Source: Pristiophorus japonicus
Taxonomy: Eukaryota
Length of the DNA: 64,000 bases
Assembly: GCF_044704955.1 (NCBI RefSeq)
Contig: NC_091998.1
Span: forward strand, 4,960,001-5,024,000
Reading direction: 5' to 3'
Of the stretch, positions 59,437 to 64,000 are shown in pieces. Numbering within the stretch: the stretch's first letter is position 1; each line of letters starts with the position of its first letter. A model generated the notes under the pieces. It was given only the letters and a program-made list of their open reading frames with translations. It did not search any database and was not told where the DNA came from. Both the position numbers and the translations under genes were made by a program.

Positions 59437-60287
59437 ATTCCGAATGTCATTTGCGAACATTTTATTTCCGAGATAGCGAACGTGTATTTAACGATGTGAT
59501 CGGCGTGTCGTGCACAGAACTGTTGACGATTGCAGCCTGAGCTTGTTCCTACCTTCCCGCATTGACGGCTTGCTGCAGCGATCCAGAACTAATCCCACTG
59601 ATCTGGGCTCTCCCCACAGCCCTGTATATGCCGCTGCTTCAAATCTTTATCCATTTTTCTTCTTTTCTTTTTTAAAAAAAAAAACATGCGATGGTTCTCC
59701 GCCTCAATGGCTCCCTGTGGCCCAGTGCTCCTCGCTCCAGCAACTCTCCGCACAGCCGGCAGTCATTGAGCCATTAACTTGGTCAAAGGACAGCAGCATT
59801 CATCTATCCGAGGGAGGGAGTCCCTCCCAGTGCAGCCGTGTCCCAGGACGAATCCACGCAAAGGTTAACGGCACTTAATTGGGCCAAGTTCACCACACGG
59901 GATCGTGTATTATCCCAGTAAGGTCGTGTGTATTGATTCATTCATCGTTGCTTCAAACCTCAACTCAAAGAATTTGCATTTTTTACACCGCCATTCGTGA
60001 CCCCTGGGCATCCCAAAAGCGTTTTATAACCTAATGAGGTATTTTTTTTGAAGTGTAGCCACTGTTGTAATTGTGGAAATGTGGGGGCCAATTTGCACAC
60101 AGCAAGGCACTTCCTATAGGCATGGTTAGACACACATGCACACCAAGCCAAAGAAGGCGATATCGGGAGATGCGTTTTAAGGACGGGCCTTAATGGTGGC
60201 GAGGCGGAGGGGTATAGGGAGAGAGTTACAGGGCTTGGGGCCAAGATGGCTAAAGGCATGGGGGGGATCGACAAGAGGCCGCGATCA

Positions 60288-60680
60288 GAAAGAAAGACTT
60301 GCATTTATATAGCGCCGTTCACAACCACTGGACGTCTCCAAAGCGCTTTACAGCCAATGAAGTACTTTTTGGAGTGTAGTCACTGTTGTAATATGGGAAA
60401 CGCAGCAGCCAATATGAGCACAGCAAGCTCCCACAAACAGTAATGTGATAATGACCCGATAATCTGTTTTTTTGTGATGTTGGTTGAGGGATAAATATTG
60501 GCCCCAGGACACCGGGGATAACTCCCCTGCTCTTCTTCAATATCGTGCCGTGGGACCTTTCATGTCCACCCAAGAGCAGGCGGGGCCTCGGTTTAACGTC
60601 TCATCTGAAAGACAGCCCCTCCGACAGTGCGGCGCTCCCTCAGCACTGCACTGGGAGTGTCGGCCTGGATTTTGTGCTCA
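60288..60680 (-). mobile_element. Deu-SINE
   Basis: Matches the SINE consensus and carries the GGAGGGGC variant without an array. Confidence 0.86.
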
Positions 60681-61184
60681 AGGGAAAGAGTTAAGAGTTC
60701 AGTTTTTCCCGGTAAGTTGCATAGTCTGATATTTTCATGTGTCTTGTGATATTTTTGATTTTTATCGCGTGTACCTGTCGGGTAAATTTGTGTGTATTCA
60801 CTCCAGCTCTTGTCCAAGTTGCACTATATCTCCTGAGCAGCTCCCCTGAAGTTGGTCTGAAGTCTAAATTCCATTTTAAAAACTCTATCTGTCCAGGGCA
60901 ATATTTCCCCTGGGAACATTGCTGAGCAATCAGTGACGTGAGGAGCTGTGACACTGGTTTTCTCTCCAGACTACACGATGTAGAAAGACAGAATCTCTCG
61001 CTCCGCAATGCACCAAAGGTGACTTTTATTGTTTTGAAATTCATTCGTAAACTTCCACAGCTGTGATGCGTGTTGCTTTTGTAATAAACCCCAAGTACAA
61101 AGATTACCCGAGGACTTGCAGATTGTACACTGAAATGTCACATCTCTCTGAAATGCTTCAAATTTCACATCGCAAGAATAATGG

Positions 61185-61515
61185 GCTCGGTAACACAGTG
61201 GTTATGTTACAGGACCAGTAATGCAGAGGTCTACCTAATGATCCAGGGTCGTGAGTTCAAACTCAGTTCATTAAATAAACCTGGAATAAACAGCTAGTAT
61301 CAGTAATGGTGACCATAAAACTATCGGATTGTCGTAAAAACCCAACTGGTTCACTGATGTCCTTTTTAGGGAGGGAAATCTGCCGCCCTTACCCGGTCTG
61401 GCCGATTTGTGACTCCAGACCCACTGCGGCTCAAGAAGTCTCTCCACCACCTTCTCGAGGACAGTTAGGGAAATGTCAGCCTAGCCAGCAACGCCCACAT
61501 CCCATGAACGACTTA
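61185..61515 (+). mobile_element. MER131-like SINE copy
   Basis: Homologous to 17500-17885. Confidence 0.65.
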
Positions 61516-61799
61516 AAGCAATAAGGACTGATTTAGGAACAAATATTAGAACCGCAGCCTGTTTATATATTTAAATAATGAGGCATGATTTTGAAGGAGT
61601 GTTCGGGTTGTTCCCAGTGATGTAGAGATTGTTTTAAACATGGCTTCAATTCCCTCCAATCTGCCCAACAATATGTTAATCTTGGAATCATTTCCTAAAC
61701 CGACTATTGTCTTTGCTTCTCTGAGTGAGATTTCCAGTTGCAGTTTTGCTGGTGTGGACTTTATCAATCACTTTCCCTGGGACATAAACGAACTACAGA

Positions 61800-62270
61800 A
61801 CTACTCCACTTTCCTGCCCGATCTCCATATCCCTTGATTCCCTTAATATCCAAAAATCTAACAATCTCTGTCTTGAATATACTCAAAGAGTGAACCTCCA
61901 CAGCCCTCTGGGGTAGAGAATTCCAAAGATTCACCACCCTCTGAGTGAAGAAGTTTCTCCTCATCTCAGTCCTAAATCATCGGCCCCTTATCCTGATACT
62001 GTGACCCCTGGTTCTAGACTCCCCAGCCCGGGGGAAACATCCTCCCTGCATCTACCCTGTCAGGCCCTGTAAAATGTTGAATGTTTCAATGAGAGAATAT
62101 CGGCCTAGTCTACTCAATCTCTCCTCATAGGACAATCCCCCCATCCCAGGAATCAGTCTGGTGAACTTTTGTTGCACTCCCTCAATGACAAGTATATCCT
62201 TCCCTAGGAAAGGAGACCCAAACTGTACACAGTACTCCCAGATGTGGTCTCACCCGGCTCTATATAATTA
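61800..62270 (-). mobile_element. CR1 LINE fragment
   Basis: MRRNFFTQRVVNLWNSLPQRAVE. Confidence 0.88.
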
Positions 62271-62751
62271 CATTAGGATGTTCGAGTCTGAAAACCAATC
62301 AATTGAATTAGAAATAATGAAGATAAATTCGACTTATTCTTTGCAGGAAAAAGGTTTTATGTTTGGTCAGTTAATCATCGTTCATTTCCCACATTATAAC
62401 AGTGACTGCACTCCAAAAATACTTCATTGACTGTAAAGCGCTTTGGGACGTCCGGTGGTTGTGAAGGGCGCTATATAAATGTAAGTCTTTCTTTCTTGCT
62501 GAAGCCCCTTGTCTTTCCTTAACTTACAATGTCTCCATGTCCTGAGCTCGTCACTGTTTGAAAACATCTTCTCAATATGGACGCCTCACTCAGTTTGCTA
62601 TGTCCTTGTGACCAATAACTTCAAGATTGACATAGCGTTCTCTTATTCCTTGGGTTTGATTACAGGGTAGTCATCTCCGCCAGGAGATCAGATGACATCT
62701 TGGGCTGGAATCATGTGATCCTTTAACCAAAAACTGAGAGTCAACACAATG

Positions 62752-63880
62752 GAAGTCTTGCATTTATATAGCGCCTTTCACGACCACCGGACATCTCAAA
62801 ACGCTTTACAGCCAATGAAGTATTTTTTGGAGTGTAGTCACTGTTGTAATGTAGGAAATGCGGCAGCCAATTCGCGCACAGCAAGCTCCCACAAACAACA
62901 ATGTGATAATGACCAGGTTATCTGTTTTAGTGATGTTGATTGAGCGATAAATATTAGCCAGGGTACCGGAGATAACTCCCCTTCTCTTGTTTGGAATCTA
63001 GGGGATCTTTCACGTCCACTGAGAGAGCAGACGGGGCCTCGGTTTAATGTCTCACCCGAAAGACAGCACTTTAGCACTGCACTGGGAGTGTTAGCCTAGA
63101 TTTATGTGCTCAAGTCTCTAGAGTGGGACTTGAACCCACGACCTTCTGACTCCGAGGCGCGAGTGCTGCCCACTGAACCACAGCTGACACTGGGAGACTC
63201 GCGTGGGTGAGATAGGAAGGGTATTTTGATGGGGTGAGTAGCTTTCGGTACACATTGCCAGCGGTTGTAGGCAGTGTGTTTGATGCGTGTTGACATCCAC
63301 ACTGAAGCATTTCTAATTCTGTCATGATCTCCACAGGTTTTTAGCGTGATTAATTAAAGTCGATTGCTGGGAAGCAATGCAGTCAGTACATATTACAGTA
63401 ATTTAAACTGCGCATTAGCAAGCACGCTCCGATTTAGAGTACACACGAGTAGGTACTTTTAATGAACTGTTGTTTACTCCACAATGTCAGGAGGACAACT
63501 GGAAACTCTCTGACCTATAATTTAAATCATTGCAGTACACGTTGCCGTGGCACAGAGGGCAGCCCTCTTGCCTCTGAGGCAGAAGGTCGTGGGTTCAAGT
63601 CCCACTCTAGAGACTTGAGCACAAAATCTCGGCTGACACTCCCCGTGCAGTGCTGAGGGAGTGCTGCACTATCGGAGGTGCCGTCTTTCGGATGAGACGT
63701 TAAACCGAGGCTCCGTCTGCTCTGTCGGATGGATGCAAAAGATGGCATGGCACTATTTCGAAGAAGAGCAGAGGAGTTATCCCCGGTGTCCTGGGCCAAT
63801 ATTTATTCATCAATCAACATCACAAAAATCATTATCTGGCCATTGTCACATTGCTGTTTGTGGGAGCTTGCTGTGCACAA
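62752..63880. mobile_element. Two Deu-SINEs head-to-head (62752-63187 minus; 63545-63880 plus)
   Basis: A and B boxes and Deu-type bodies in opposite orientations. Confidence 0.86.
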
Positions 63881-64000
63881 ATGTGTCCCAGATTTTGGAT
63901 AAAGGATCTGCATGTGTGTACCATCTACAAGATGCACTGCGGCAACTCGCCAAGGCTTCTTCGGCAGCACCTCCCAAACCCGCGACCTCTACCCCCTAGA

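Overview
Vertebrate intron-rich genomic DNA, most likely from a cartilaginous fish (shark-type Deu-SINEs, CR1, L2, Tx1 and Gypsy repeats), with several N gaps. Three protein-coding genes are readable from spliced exons. GBF1 has three internal exons on the minus strand (1-8.2 kb). SGPL1 (sphingosine-1-phosphate lyase) has its last seven coding exons on the plus strand (12.9-35.8 kb) and a probable ~2.8 kb 3'UTR. PCBD1 (pterin-4a-carbinolamine dehydratase/DCoH) has a complete four-exon CDS on the minus strand (42.8-48.1 kb), tail-to-tail with SGPL1 as in human. The rest is largely transposable elements, often nested. The most notable observations are: (i) the 3' halves of GBF1 and SGPL1 diverge from the same gap with neither 5' half visible, probably a misjoin or rearrangement breakpoint; (ii) three SINE copies each carry a 33-bp minisatellite grown from the same internal segment; (iii) a ~100-bp direct repeat brackets PCBD1 exon 2; (iv) SINE/LINE tail-sharing pairs and Tx1 insertions into other TEs; (v) a perfect hairpin and CTCF/DR1 motifs upstream of PCBD1. 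No prokaryotic-type system such as CRISPR is present, and I found no convincing novel protein-coding system. Most entries in the ORF track are TE-derived or spurious.
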